From: a virus
Strand: one strand, 5' to 3'
Length of the DNA stretch: 64,000 nucleotides
Virus record (IMG/VR): IMGVR_UViG_3300045988_179664
Coordinates: 22,072 to 86,071 of that record
The position numbers were made by a program, and so were the translations under genes. The notes below the pieces were generated by a model, which was not told the origin of the DNA, did no database searches, and saw only the letters and a program-made list of their open reading frames with translations. Positions 59,301 through 64,000 of this stretch are shown here, piece after piece (position 1 is the stretch's first letter; each line of letters opens with the position of its first letter).

Positions 59301-62300
59301 GCCGGTACGAACGAGAGGCTTCTTCTTGCTATCGGTAGTAGCGTTGGTAGGATATGTGATGTTGGGAGATTCGTTGTTTGAATAGGTGATGTTTACACCG
59401 CGCAGGACTTCCTGTTCGTTGATGCCTGCATCGGTATCGCCGTCCCATACAACGTGTGCGGTAACAGTCAACTGGTTGCCGTCGTACATCTTGTTAGCAA
59501 CAGTCAGCATGACCTTGGCACGAGTAGGAGTGCATTCGTTTGCATCCTCGAAGCCAATATCCATTGCGTTCTTGCCAACGCGACGATACAGACGCTTGTT
59601 CAGGTCAACGACCTTGATTTTTGCACGACCAGCCTGACCAATACCGGAACCGGCACCGTCATTCAGCTGGTTTGCACCAGTGACGTTTGCTTTAATGATG
59701 ATGTTGCCGTTGTCAAGGTTTTCACCAACAGAAGCGGCATAAGAAGAACCACGCAATGCACCATCGGTAGAAGCAGACTGCCAACCAGAACCGCCGCCGT
59801 TTTCGTGCAGAGTGTTGTTGTAGCCTTCCTCGTCTTCTCGCTGCATTTTGATATCACTGCTGTGGGTGCCACTGTAAGTCCAGCCACAGATATCACCATG
59901 ATGGTATTCGTAGCCATCGCTGAAGACCTTGTCTTCCTTTAATGCACAGTGATAACGCTGACCACTGTAGTCTGAACCAGAACCGCCGACACCACGCTCG
60001 GTGTATCCATTGCCGGAGATAATTGCAGCACCGGAACCGCCGCCAGCAACGCCGAACATCGACGAGCCGTCACCGTAGTTCTTCAGCTGTCCGTCACCAA
60101 TAAGGCCGAATGCAACCGTGGTAGCGCCACCACCACCGCCAAAGCCTATGGGAGAATTGCTGTGGTAGCTGTGGTCAGGGTCGCCTCCCCCTTTATAGCA
60201 GTCATAGAACACTGCGCCGACACCACCGGAACCACCGCCGTTATAGCCACCGGAACCACCGGAACCACTGCCGGTAGAACCGCCACCGGAACCACCACCG
60301 GAACCGCCACCGCCTGCACCGCCAGCGACAAAGTAGAGGGTCGTGCCTTCCTTAATGTCTGCTGTGATAATGGTGTGGCTGCCGGAGTTGCCGCTGATAC
60401 CATCTGTCATACTTGCATTGCCGCCGCCAGCACCCCACAGGTCAATCTGATAGGTTGCATCGAACGGAGCGGTCCAAGAAGAAGTGGGATTGTTTCCGTC
60501 ATTGGCTTTGAAGGACTTGTCGGCCGCACGAACATTCTTTTCATCGATGTAGAAGAAAACCTGTTCGTTGGTGCCGTCAAACTCTTCCATGTCGTAGCAA
60601 TGATACTGGATAGCATTGCGCCAGAACCATTGCCAGATTTCCTTCGGGTAAGAATAATCGGACCATAATGCATAGCCGTGGTCCAGATAAGGCGCATAGT
60701 CCTCGTTGTTCTTGTCCAGATATCCGCGTTCATCGAGGGAAATGCCAAGTTCAGCCATCGTCTTGCCCTGAACATCAATCTGAGAAGGATTACCGTTCAT
60801 GTCATAACGAGTAACGGTTGTCATTTGTCCACGATACTGAGTACCGAGATTGACGCTCAGATGGTCACTCTGGTTAAACACAGTACGAGAAGTGTCTCTG
60901 TGCTTGCCATACGGGAACTCATTCACAATCTGATAGCGGGACATAATGTACCGAAGTCCATTAGGCGCTTCAATTGTCAGTTCGGGATACATGAAAATAG
61001 AGTGCTTATCAACGCCGCAACTAACAAGATTGCGCTCGTTTGCATGGATACTGATATTGTAATCCAGCCACAACTCTGCACCTGTGTCGGTGTTATTTTT
61101 ATCAATACCGCCGTTCACATAGTCAAAGTTATGAGCAAGAGTATTTGTGATGGTCTGGCTCTTCAGTTTCGTGCTGTTGTAGCCGCGAATGTATTCCAGA
61201 TACGGCTTGCACTGGAAATAGAAGTGCTCAGTACCGAAGTCCATCGGGTTCGTTGCGGATTCAATGTGCAGGCTTGTGGTAATGCTCCACTTAGCATATG
61301 CACTGTTGATGTCAAACGGCTGACCATTCAACATCGTATCCTCAACAGGTTTGATGTCGTCAATTGTGATGTAGGCAGTGAACTTGCCGAACGGAGAACC
61401 GGAGTGCTCAGTTTCGATTGCGTCCACGACCTGCTTCATCACAGAACTGTCATCTGTATTGATGTCGTATCTGGTTTTGACGATATTTGCCCAGTCTTTG
61501 TAGTTTTCGGTAGTCAAACCGTTACCGTTGTTAGCGTACCCGTTGATATTGATGGGGTTGATGACGGGTTTGTACTCCGTGGATGCAGAATTCAAGTCGT
61601 CTTGGAAGCCCCACTGCAATACAGGGATAAGGATACGGTTTCCGGATTCTGTCAATTTGCTGGGAGAGAATGTGATAGTCGTTGTATAAACGGCCACGTT
61701 CTTATCAGAAATCAACGGGTTATTAGAATCGCCTCTGCTGGCATTCCAGTTATCCACTTGGTCTTGCGTTGTCTCAACAGACCAGTAATTCTGACCAAAA
61801 TTGCCAGTCGCATCGCCCTCGCTGTTATGCTCCTGCATCATCAATGCACGAGCTTCCAGCATAGTTGCGGAAACGAAAGGCGCATCGACCTGCAACAGGC
61901 CATAACGGGAAGTGTCGAATCCTGCGTTGTCAGCATCGCCGATTGCGCTGTAGGAGTTCTCGACCTTGGTTCTCTTTTCGTTAAAGCGATAGCTTGCAAC
62001 GATACGGAAATAATATCCGGACCAGTTGTAATCTGCCGCGTGCAGGGTAAGGGTGATGGTAGTGTGTTTCTGAGCACACTGCTGGTCAGTGAAACCATCA
62101 GGACGCCAGAAATCAGCAGGCAGCCATTTGTTGTCATGAATCATACTTGCGGTCTCTTTCCCCTTTGCGAGGGTATCGACCGTATGTGCTTCGATGTCAA
62201 CCTTGCTTACCTGACTATTATCTACGGTATTCAGTGTATAAGTACCGCCGAATGTGACGGATGTGGCAAGAGTCTGCCAATCGTCATCATAGGGGTCTTT

Positions 62301-64000
62301 GTACTGAACATCGTAGCTGTAGCCCTTATCATCAAGGCCCTTCCAGTAATCTGTTTCAAATACGAAGGTGGCTTCGTCCTGAGTCATAACACGCTGATTC
62401 GGTGCCTGCGTCATGGACATGGGGCGCTCTTCGATTTGAATGATACCGGAGGCTTCCGGAGTGATTACGCCGGGGTCGATGGTGGAATAAGTCTTACCCT
62501 CAACCTCGTAGTCTGTACGAAGCTGAATAGCGTTTCCTGTATATGCCAGCATTTGCAGCTGTACATCCACGGAACTGTGCGGGTAATTGTATACACCATC
62601 ATTGCCGTCGTGGAATACCGGCGTTTTGATGATACCTGTTACGGCACCGTCTTCGGTAGTGAACTGACCGTAATGACCAATCTTGACCCAGTCGCTCAGA
62701 GCATTATTGGTATTGCGCAGGTCAACCACGCGGTAATACCATGTTACGGATTCATTGCTGATGGGCTGATTGTAGATGATACCGGAACCTTCGAGAACCT
62801 TAGTGGTCTCGCCTTCCCAGTAACGGTAGTTCTCAATAGGTGTTGCTTCGATTGTCAGCAGTTCCAGAGGAACCGTTTCGCAGTCGTTCCAGAAATGAGG
62901 AGGAACCTTTGCAACGATAGGACCGTATTTGGTGACCTCATTGCCAGCCTTGTCATATACGCGGGCACGAAGAATCGTTTTACCGCCTACATAGATACAG
63001 GGCAGGTTAGAAATACAATACTGGTCTACGTTGTTGACTACACAGCTGAAATCGTCGCCCGGCTGTAATAGTGCCGTGTTATCCTCGTACCGGATATGAA
63101 CGGTATATCCCTCGTGAACCTGACAATCGTTGAACAACTTTGCGTCGCTCAGCTTGCCGTAGATACGAGCGATACCGGTGGTACGAACGGACGGAGAACT
63201 GTTACCGCTGTCCTTAAAGACAGTGTCCCAGCCTTTCAGTCTATCAGTACCAAGGTTCCAGTCGTTGCCGTCTCCTGTACGATATGCACCCAAATCACCG
63301 GTGGTGTTATCAAACAATGCACCGTCTTTAGGGACTTTTACATCGAAGTATTTGCTGTTCCAGTGGCCTGTGAAGTTCTTGATGGGCTTCCAAGTCGTGG
63401 AATCAAAGCCCAGCTTCGTCAGGTCGAGGTTTTCCATCAGTTCGTAGCAATCGCTCAGAGGATACCAGTAGCTGCCGCCGTTGGCGAGAGCTGTCAGAAT
63501 CTTCTTGGCGTTTGCTGCGTTGACGCGATGGACAAAGTGCGTCATCTGCTGGTCGGCTTGGTCAGCGGCACAGACTTCACACTGCTTGCGCTGAGAAATC
63601 CACATCAGGGTGTTGACGCAAAGTTGCATCTCCTCAGGAGAAGCTCTATTCATGCCGCCAACGCCGATAATGGGCAAGTGACCAATCTGGTTCATAACAA
63701 AGTTGCCGGAACCAGCCAGATAGAAGTTGTTGGTGCCGCTGCGTCCATCGACAGTGGGTTCATACAACTTGCCGAGTCCTGCATCTGTGAAATCAGATGC
63801 GCAACCATCATACTGAACCCAGATATCGTCGAATGCGACCTGACCATTACTGTGCGTCAGAGCGGCAGGGACTGTCTGCCCTACACTGAACTTATAAGGC
63901 CAGTTTGTCGGTGTACGATGTTTGATATCAGGGTTAACCATAGCCTCTTCATAGGTATATCCGCCGTTTGCACGGATACGAAGACTACGGCTACCGTAGA
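44373..64000 (-). CDS. Giant cell-surface adhesin of more than 6540 aa, partial at the 5-prime end (the N-terminus lies beyond the window end). It has MBG repeats, a Gly-rich region, more than 15 DUF11 repeats, a Pro/Thr linker and a C-terminal NKKTG sorting signal.
   Basis: The reading frame remains open from 63941 to the window end. DUF11 units such as KSADKTKAEPGEVVTYTVTVHNGKDHDIENARLTDTNNFAGEI. C-terminus SNKKTGIGFAQSIVGLVAMVGIGVAALVVVNHKRKKDE. Confidence 0.85.
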   Translation of the reverse strand, partial: YGSRSLRIRANGGYTYEEAMVNPDIKHRTPTNWPYKFSVGQTVPAALTHSNGQVAFDDIWVQYDGCASDFTDAGLGKLYEPTVDGRSGTNNFYLAGSGNFVMNQIGHLPIIGVGGMNRASPEEMQLCVNTLMWISQRKQCEVCAADQADQQMTHFVHRVNAANAKKILTALANGGSYWYPLSDCYELMENLDLTKLGFDSTTWKPIKNFTGHWNSKYFDVKVPKDGALFDNTTGDLGAYRTGDGNDWNLGTDRLKGWDTVFKDSGNSSPSVRTTGIARIYGKLSDAKLFNDCQVHEGYTVHIRYEDNTALLQPGDDFSCVVNNVDQYCISNLPCIYVGGKTILRARVYDKAGNEVTKYGPIVAKVPPHFWNDCETVPLELLTIEATPIENYRYWEGETTKVLEGSGIIYNQPISNESVTWYYRVVDLRNTNNALSDWVKIGHYGQFTTEDGAVTGIIKTPVFHDGNDGVYNYPHSSVDVQLQMLAYTGNAIQLRTDYEVEGKTYSTIDPGVITPEASGIIQIEERPMSMTQAPNQRVMTQDEATFVFETDYWKGLDDKGYSYDVQYKDPYDDDWQTLATSVTFGGTYTLNTVDNSQVSKVDIEAHTVDTLAKGKETASMIHDNKWLPADFWRPDGFTDQQCAQKHTTITLTLHAADYNWSGYYFRIVASYRFNEKRTKVENSYSAIGDADNAGFDTSRYGLLQVDAPFVSATMLEARALMMQEHNSEGDATGNFGQNYWSVETTQDQVDNWNASRGDSNNPLISDKNVAVYTTTITFSPSKLTESGNRILIPVLQWGFQDDLNSASTEYKPVINPININGYANNGNGLTTENYKDWANIVKTRYDINTDDSSVMKQVVDAIETEHSGSPFGKFTAYITIDDIKPVEDTMLNGQPFDINSAYAKWSITTSLHIESATNPMDFGTEHFYFQCKPYLEYIRGYNSTKLKSQTITNTLAHNFDYVNGGIDKNNTDTGAELWLDYNISIHANERNLVSCGVDKHSIFMYPELTIEAPNGLRYIMSRYQIVNEFPYGKHRDTSRTVFNQSDHLSVNLGTQYRGQMTTVTRYDMNGNPSQIDVQGKTMAELGISLDERGYLDKNNEDYAPYLDHGYALWSDYSYPKEIWQWFWRNAIQYHCYDMEEFDGTNEQVFFYIDEKNVRAADKSFKANDGNNPTSSWTAPFDATYQIDLWGAGGGNASMTDGISGNSGSHTIITADIKEGTTLYFVAGGAGGGGSGGGSGGGSTGSGSGGSGGYNGGGSGGVGAVFYDCYKGGGDPDHSYHSNSPIGFGGGGGATTVAFGLIGDGQLKNYGDGSSMFGVAGGGSGAAIISGNGYTERGVGGSGSDYSGQRYHCALKEDKVFSDGYEYHHGDICGWTYSGTHSSDIKMQREDEEGYNNTLHENGGGSGWQSASTDGALRGSSYAASVGENLDNGNIIIKANVTGANQLNDGAGSGIGQAGRAKIKVVDLNKRLYRRVGKNAMDIGFEDANECTPTRAKVMLTVANKMYDGNQLTVTAHVVWDGDTDAGINEQEVLRGVNITYSNNESPNITYPTNATTDSKKKPLVRTGSYTATATYTGKYEVTFCWENTKPGKTYVVRGESTTPDEYVSGNGNVVYFDIYPRPLHLYSYDNNKIYDNISTAKVSDIKIKAATADSGIVHGDTVALNSTLAYGYYCENYAPEDFAKTSFRESIHTGLHSIKTVTILELINNPFDNYYIASEDFTGTINPRPLYVHSQYHDVNKYKWNYDGNSNDIGNGKYLTDTTVYDNQNVTIEQAYEMILAGKQENIDITRYTKTEQDNYQNTVVNPNNIKVYDSYYNANIGEEGQGNIYIDNITNYDSVELNAQTYVGSYADSNAGEQLTGYDANGDNGVIKEDRYNGLSTNTIRHLPYSVKYSYSTTTPQVGQKMTVTIAVTNKDTGYGLAAQNNYVAPVAIQNLRLKSRFAGNGPITLKSTNGIRMNQQGTEFYIDTIPVGGTVNIVFEYTVQDIDDTNALVRDIEQNNEMYLVNNNYNDYYIADKTFSGGIYRTTLRAQVKSVSTTYGHGFKNIKLPYADDVYYWNKGSDSWLTMEGLVEDHKTASSDDEKLDLKAKKTNNYQSKFVYNVVPSETTDAGSYPVSYIGLNEFNYDVLKNYVVTEDPGSIEVKPRKIMISVDESQKIYGTTNPFFNSTFKVLGTDDQGNELDVSDENNWTVLGDDATVDYNNMHLIGNDTIGNVVEVVNGASRTALAFKNGTSNLPYLTTATQSSDVIYQTDVPEEECAYCLEKYNEMHKGHEHYHDDDHPHTHVPVNGYPVSVNENTGYGNTLGIKTVTNSEGQVVSNYELVYESNVLKVHPRLIRIAALDATKAYGGTEPALKWTVDGEIIKPTSEMLGIKAVRDSGENVRDEGYTIRISYEKSTASNYIVETNDAKMTITPVPLTIVFGNQERYYGEDNKNDYTLTVVGLKHGDTADVALKNNDGATAKVLETAKNTLSDYINLTYNKYTDVGSNYLYGDKSYCEEHTILVPRENADGGYNYTIANYTPGVLTIKPRPMLLEVTGWQKELGDADKVQDFTLTDMITHNSVNGQQKLGAGSRITDASVVVNPDKVPIVFNLVRAEGEEVGSYPVYSTPQDRQIGNLAANDQKQLELDNPNYDFEYRYANDLIVKRQGLMITVDDKVRYYGDRVNRFYDGSTDYTYHVFKVENGEAVEITAEEAGINTNSFTFTHLDTQTSSSGTYKDCISLSGVHSTIYDDDDITITAGNLTIIPRPVSVIAADNTKVYGDADPELKYTLHDGVRGEDGNYYIEYANGPVLTEKEGADVPVQPGDLEGTGVTREPGEDVWTGEHSFGKAYAINANDISPVSKDGITNYVITMENGNFTITPAELVVTVKGGYSKTYGEENPAFDADITGFKRDDTKETVLNGELGFATLCFDLSDAGKYIVTAGNNNEDAVNPDCVVLEDGEEHIGSTFEVKSNTNFEKNYVIRYVNGDITVNPKELIVRIDHKVKTYGTADPAFTFHYEDNAGNVIGLIDPENSPLNVELYRTKGENVVRGDVTAADSLNKWGTTLYDGDYLISAKYDTNNKNYAVTVYDGSLKIIPATLTVTVDGGYKTTYGDEIPEFTYSITGFVGRDVKDETGTGIKDDESKVSGTATMYCNDNAGNPVTNKTKVGNYPINYDRQQLVADNSNYKFIYVGGDLTIGKKPIHVKADDQQKVYGEKDPDPLTWTITDPEELVNPGDEDFFDITTKRPGADTDDGEQVGKYPITIDGTDPSGNYEIITTPGTLTIVPATIVVTVIDDEKYFGEDNPTPNVTITGYKRGDTIDDIGGKDALKTKTDAEKWSPVGEYPVSAKDSTFHNPNYDFVYIDGKLTVKPLIINIKTEDDRKTYGDNDPDKFNVSYTLTNEKDEPYTPDKDLRDYIDRALNLDAARVPGENVRTENPGYSIVPTYTEVDNIEIGTVTPGHFFIDPREVTITANSAEKVYDGTPLTEPGYTYAPELVDNDLLGIHDKMDSVTVTGSQTEVGSSKNVPSDAVIINTEDGSGSNANYIIKYVDGTLTVRDKEIVSIEKSADRERATDYDVIRYTITVTNATSHDLHNVIVKDTNNFVGVPVLSQANSVTYDAEKGEFVIAEISHLRDEAHTNAVTFTYTYTVDPTDHGTNNNDILENNAKITDMKVVESYTENPDGSTTPNYTEPNKDWLVKTPDVDVEIIRQNLTIEKSADKTEAGVGDVVTYTLKVTNTGNTKLENVVVKDTNNFMGEPVENTKLHFGYRVNDDGTWTITSLGVGKSVTITYKYTVVADDLANGKLDNIATATIPAREDPTIPEKPVDSNEVIVPLYYKHLTIVKSADRDHAYPGEVVKYQVTVTNDGTVDMTNVTVSDDTNALGMFIVSTGDGYTYNPETRLFTIPALNVGDSVTLNYLYIVQNGDPETIINVATAHAPKNPDTEIPGDKDIEEPSKPVEVDVLRDELTIVKNADKSFVDMNGNDTTVTYTLTVKNSGNTKLTNVIVTDTSNGNGTVEYTGDLMYDGNGKWMIPELNAGDSVEITYVYTAVAEDMNLDNGNIVNTAVAEGKNPDNKTVTSDPDTETVHVGEVPDRDIRVVKTSLESSVMIGDTIHYTITVTNNGTMTAQNVVVRDFNDGIGEINAASSDKYTYDAATHSFTIAEIAAGEVVEIPVTYTVQEGDKGTVNNAAVEIPEVPKIEKKADKQTVVVGEVVTYTITVTNTTNETKTNVEVKDTNNFTGVITPAENTDVVSYIGDKVWNISSIGAGESVDIVYTYTVMNEDAPNTMLVNNAEMTYVTDSGKVKIPSNEVDIPVIPETPTPEHVGPTVVKQADKAIANIGDTVHYTVVMHNNDTVDYVNAALHDKNNFNGVIANVKNGTLESASAGSAVIKVGTIPAGKTVTVEYDYIVLNTDAGKGQDTYNELKNVATLHYWFADEDQTPENEKTKPSNEVTVKVPGSDVPVPVNPPEGKLKVEKFVDKKSASVGDMLHYNVKVSNVGDGELKNILVEDFFDGHGKLNYIPAVGVVVNGDGTYTINKLPAGTFMELRFTYVIVEGDEPEVLNAAVVTTPPVDPPLEPTKTADKKFAFVDEIVTYTISVYNPDTKAKTNVTVKDTNNFVGSINAANTDKYTYNGDNTWTIPEIGAGETIGITYTYTVQSNDEKLLENKADVTYSENGDTVKLDTPTVDVVVPDKGTVSIHKEADKKMAKPGEVVTYNVTVTNNKGFDVHDVVVTDANNFAGEITGVDGADYTFENGEFHIAEIAAGASVTLTYTYTVEIGDVPTQILENIATADVPGTNPEDPNNPGHGKDPNKPIDNDEKIPSNPVNVEVPGSETETKIPDLVLTKSVDKSEAAVGDTLNYTITAKNNGKGDAENVTVKDFFDGKGTLNFVAMDGVTDNGDDTYTIASVKAGESVTLNFTYVVVDGDAPEVLNAAVITTPEPPTDIVKSADKHIAKVNEIVTYTITVKNNSKDTLTNLLVSDTNNFKGEIEAKDGKGYTYNGDKTWTIATLESGKSIDITYTYTMQASDETVIENTADVRYSHNGTDYDIPSNPVEVEKPDDGVVTIFKTADKTKAEPNEVVTYTVTIHNGKDYNIKNVRLTDANNFAGKIEGVDGAGYKFINGEFVIDKIPAGGDAVVHYTYTVQIADVPTKILENVATAHVPGKNPGDPDEEIPSNKVDVEVPGDGTHVDVPEGELEIVKSVDKTEAKVGDTLNYTITLTNVGGQAVKNAVVKDFFDGNGVLNFVPMDGVTDNGDYTYTVANVEKGQSITLRFTYTVVTGDAPMVLNAAVVKDPTPPIDIEKTADKHVAMVDEVVNYTITVKNTTDKTVTDLLVSDTNNFTGAITSKDNAKYTYNGNHTWTIPSIKAGESIDILYTYTVKTTDPSTLVNEADVRYTTDDGEYVIKADPVEVVVPKDGEVTIVKSGDKKIAEPGEVVTYTVTIHNGKAHDITNVVVSDSNNFAGTITGTNGVGYKFVDGHFVIDKIAAGADAVLTYTYTVQIADVPTHILENVATAHVPGTNPEDPENPGHGKDPDKPIDPDTDIPSNKVEVEVPGSEVETEIPEISITKSVDKPTAKIGDTLNYTVTVKNGGNADAENILIKDFFDGNGTLNFKAMDGVTDNGDNTYTISTVKAGESVKLRFSYVVVEGDEPLVLNAAVIKDPTPPVDVEKEADKHIAKVDEVVTYTISVKNTTSEPVDNVTVTDTNNFKGEIKAENADKYTYNGNKTWTIPTIAAGETIYITYTYTMQAEDATVIENIANVTYSKDGTDYNIPSNPVDVEKPDDGVVTIRKAADKTKAEPGEVVTYTVTVHNGKNHDIENARLTDTNNFAGEIVSVDGADYTFENGEFTINKIPAGGDVVIHYTYTVEIADVPTQILENIATIHVPGTNPEDPNNPGHGKDPEKPIDPDTEIPSNKVDVEVPGSETETEIPVIEITKSVDKAEAKVGDTLNYTVTVANKGKADAENVVVEDFFDGNGTLNFVPMDGVADNGDNSYTISTVKAGESVTLNFTYVVVTADAPKVLNAAVVKDPTPPIDVEKDADKYIAKVTDVVTYTITVKNTTDETVNDITVADHNNFAGDVTAESSNRYTYNGDGTWTIGYLDVGEALDIVYTYTVETTDESVMENTATIKYTHDGEQYNIPSNTVDVKKPDDGVVTIWKSANKTVAKPGETVTYTVTVHNGKDHDIQNAALTDENNFSGSIFAVDGAGYHYENGVFTIDTIPAGGDVVVHYAYTVGIADVTTHILENVATIHVPGTNPEDPENPGQGKDPTKPIDPDTDIPSNKVDVEVPGSGTETDVPLEKSLTIVKSADKTKVNVGETINYRVVVTNTGEVDLVNVTVKDNNDGASHIEAQNGDGYTYNSATTTFTIVRIPVGESFTLTYSYVAVDADAGHDVINVAVAKAPGQNPEDPENPGHGKDPSKPIDEDVEKPSNEVKVPVVKPSTPTTPDEPKPTPTPDNPKPTPTPVPTEKPKPPPIGWLDIFKVDGKPFSLFSIFTSNKKTGIGFAQSIVGLVAMVGIGVAALVVVNHKRKKDENDNKDNHKDDSAE
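44800..50800. repeat. At least five tandem DNA repeats of about 1.1-1.2 kb inside the giant gene. Each unit encodes three DUF11 domains and a HVPGTNPEDPxNPGHGKDPxKPIDPD linker.
   Basis: Near-identical blocks recur at about 45180, 46290, 47400, 48480 and 49560. The protein shows supra-repeats of about 390 aa. Confidence 0.7.

Noticed and set aside
47436-59381. Plus-strand ORF of 3981 aa. Similar antisense ORFs occur at 44208-47282 and 60678-63068.
   Set aside because: These are antisense to the DUF11 giant gene. The minus-strand product has coherent domain repeats and a sorting signal. The plus-strand product is compositionally biased nonsense.

Overview
This is a low-GC Gram-positive window, most likely Clostridia (AGGAGG-type ribosome-binding sites, sortase, MBG/DUF11-repeat giant adhesins), and nearly every gene is on the minus strand. 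It has four parts. (a) 1-10 kb holds four to five compact operons of small, mostly unrecognisable genes: a radical SAM enzyme, a NYN-domain protein, tandem paralogous small membrane proteins, and duplicated or decayed gene cassettes. Each operon is driven by the same unusual promoter type. (b) 10-15 kb is the finding I rate highest. It is a secY gene out of its usual ribosomal context, followed by a SecG-like and a SecE-like gene, then a terminator, then a lipoprotein version of trigger factor (FKBP-type peptidyl-prolyl isomerase), then a class B sortase. Zinc-ribbon and small membrane proteins lie upstream. (c) 15.7-17.1 kb is an IS200/IS605-family element carrying only tnpB. 17-31 kb looks plasmid- or prophage-derived: an actin-like ParM/ParR partition pair, two XRE repressors, a Dam-like adenine methyltransferase, RNase H-like proteins, a sigma region-4-like regulator and a DUF2325-like protein. 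A FloT-like flotillin follows. (d) 33-64 kb encodes secreted proteins and two giant surface adhesins. One is about 2650 aa with MBG repeats. The other is more than 6540 aa with DUF11 repeats and runs off the window end. Both carry a C-terminal N-x-K-T-G sorting signal that fits the nearby sortase. Two promoter classes recur. One is a canonical TTGACn-N17-TGTGG-TATAAT promoter. The other is a TTGCAA-N16-TAnAAT promoter whose spacer carries a conserved palindrome, ATTGCTGCAAAGT, and it occurs six times. No rRNA, tRNA or CRISPR was detected. The long plus-strand ORFs inside the giant genes are antisense artefacts.
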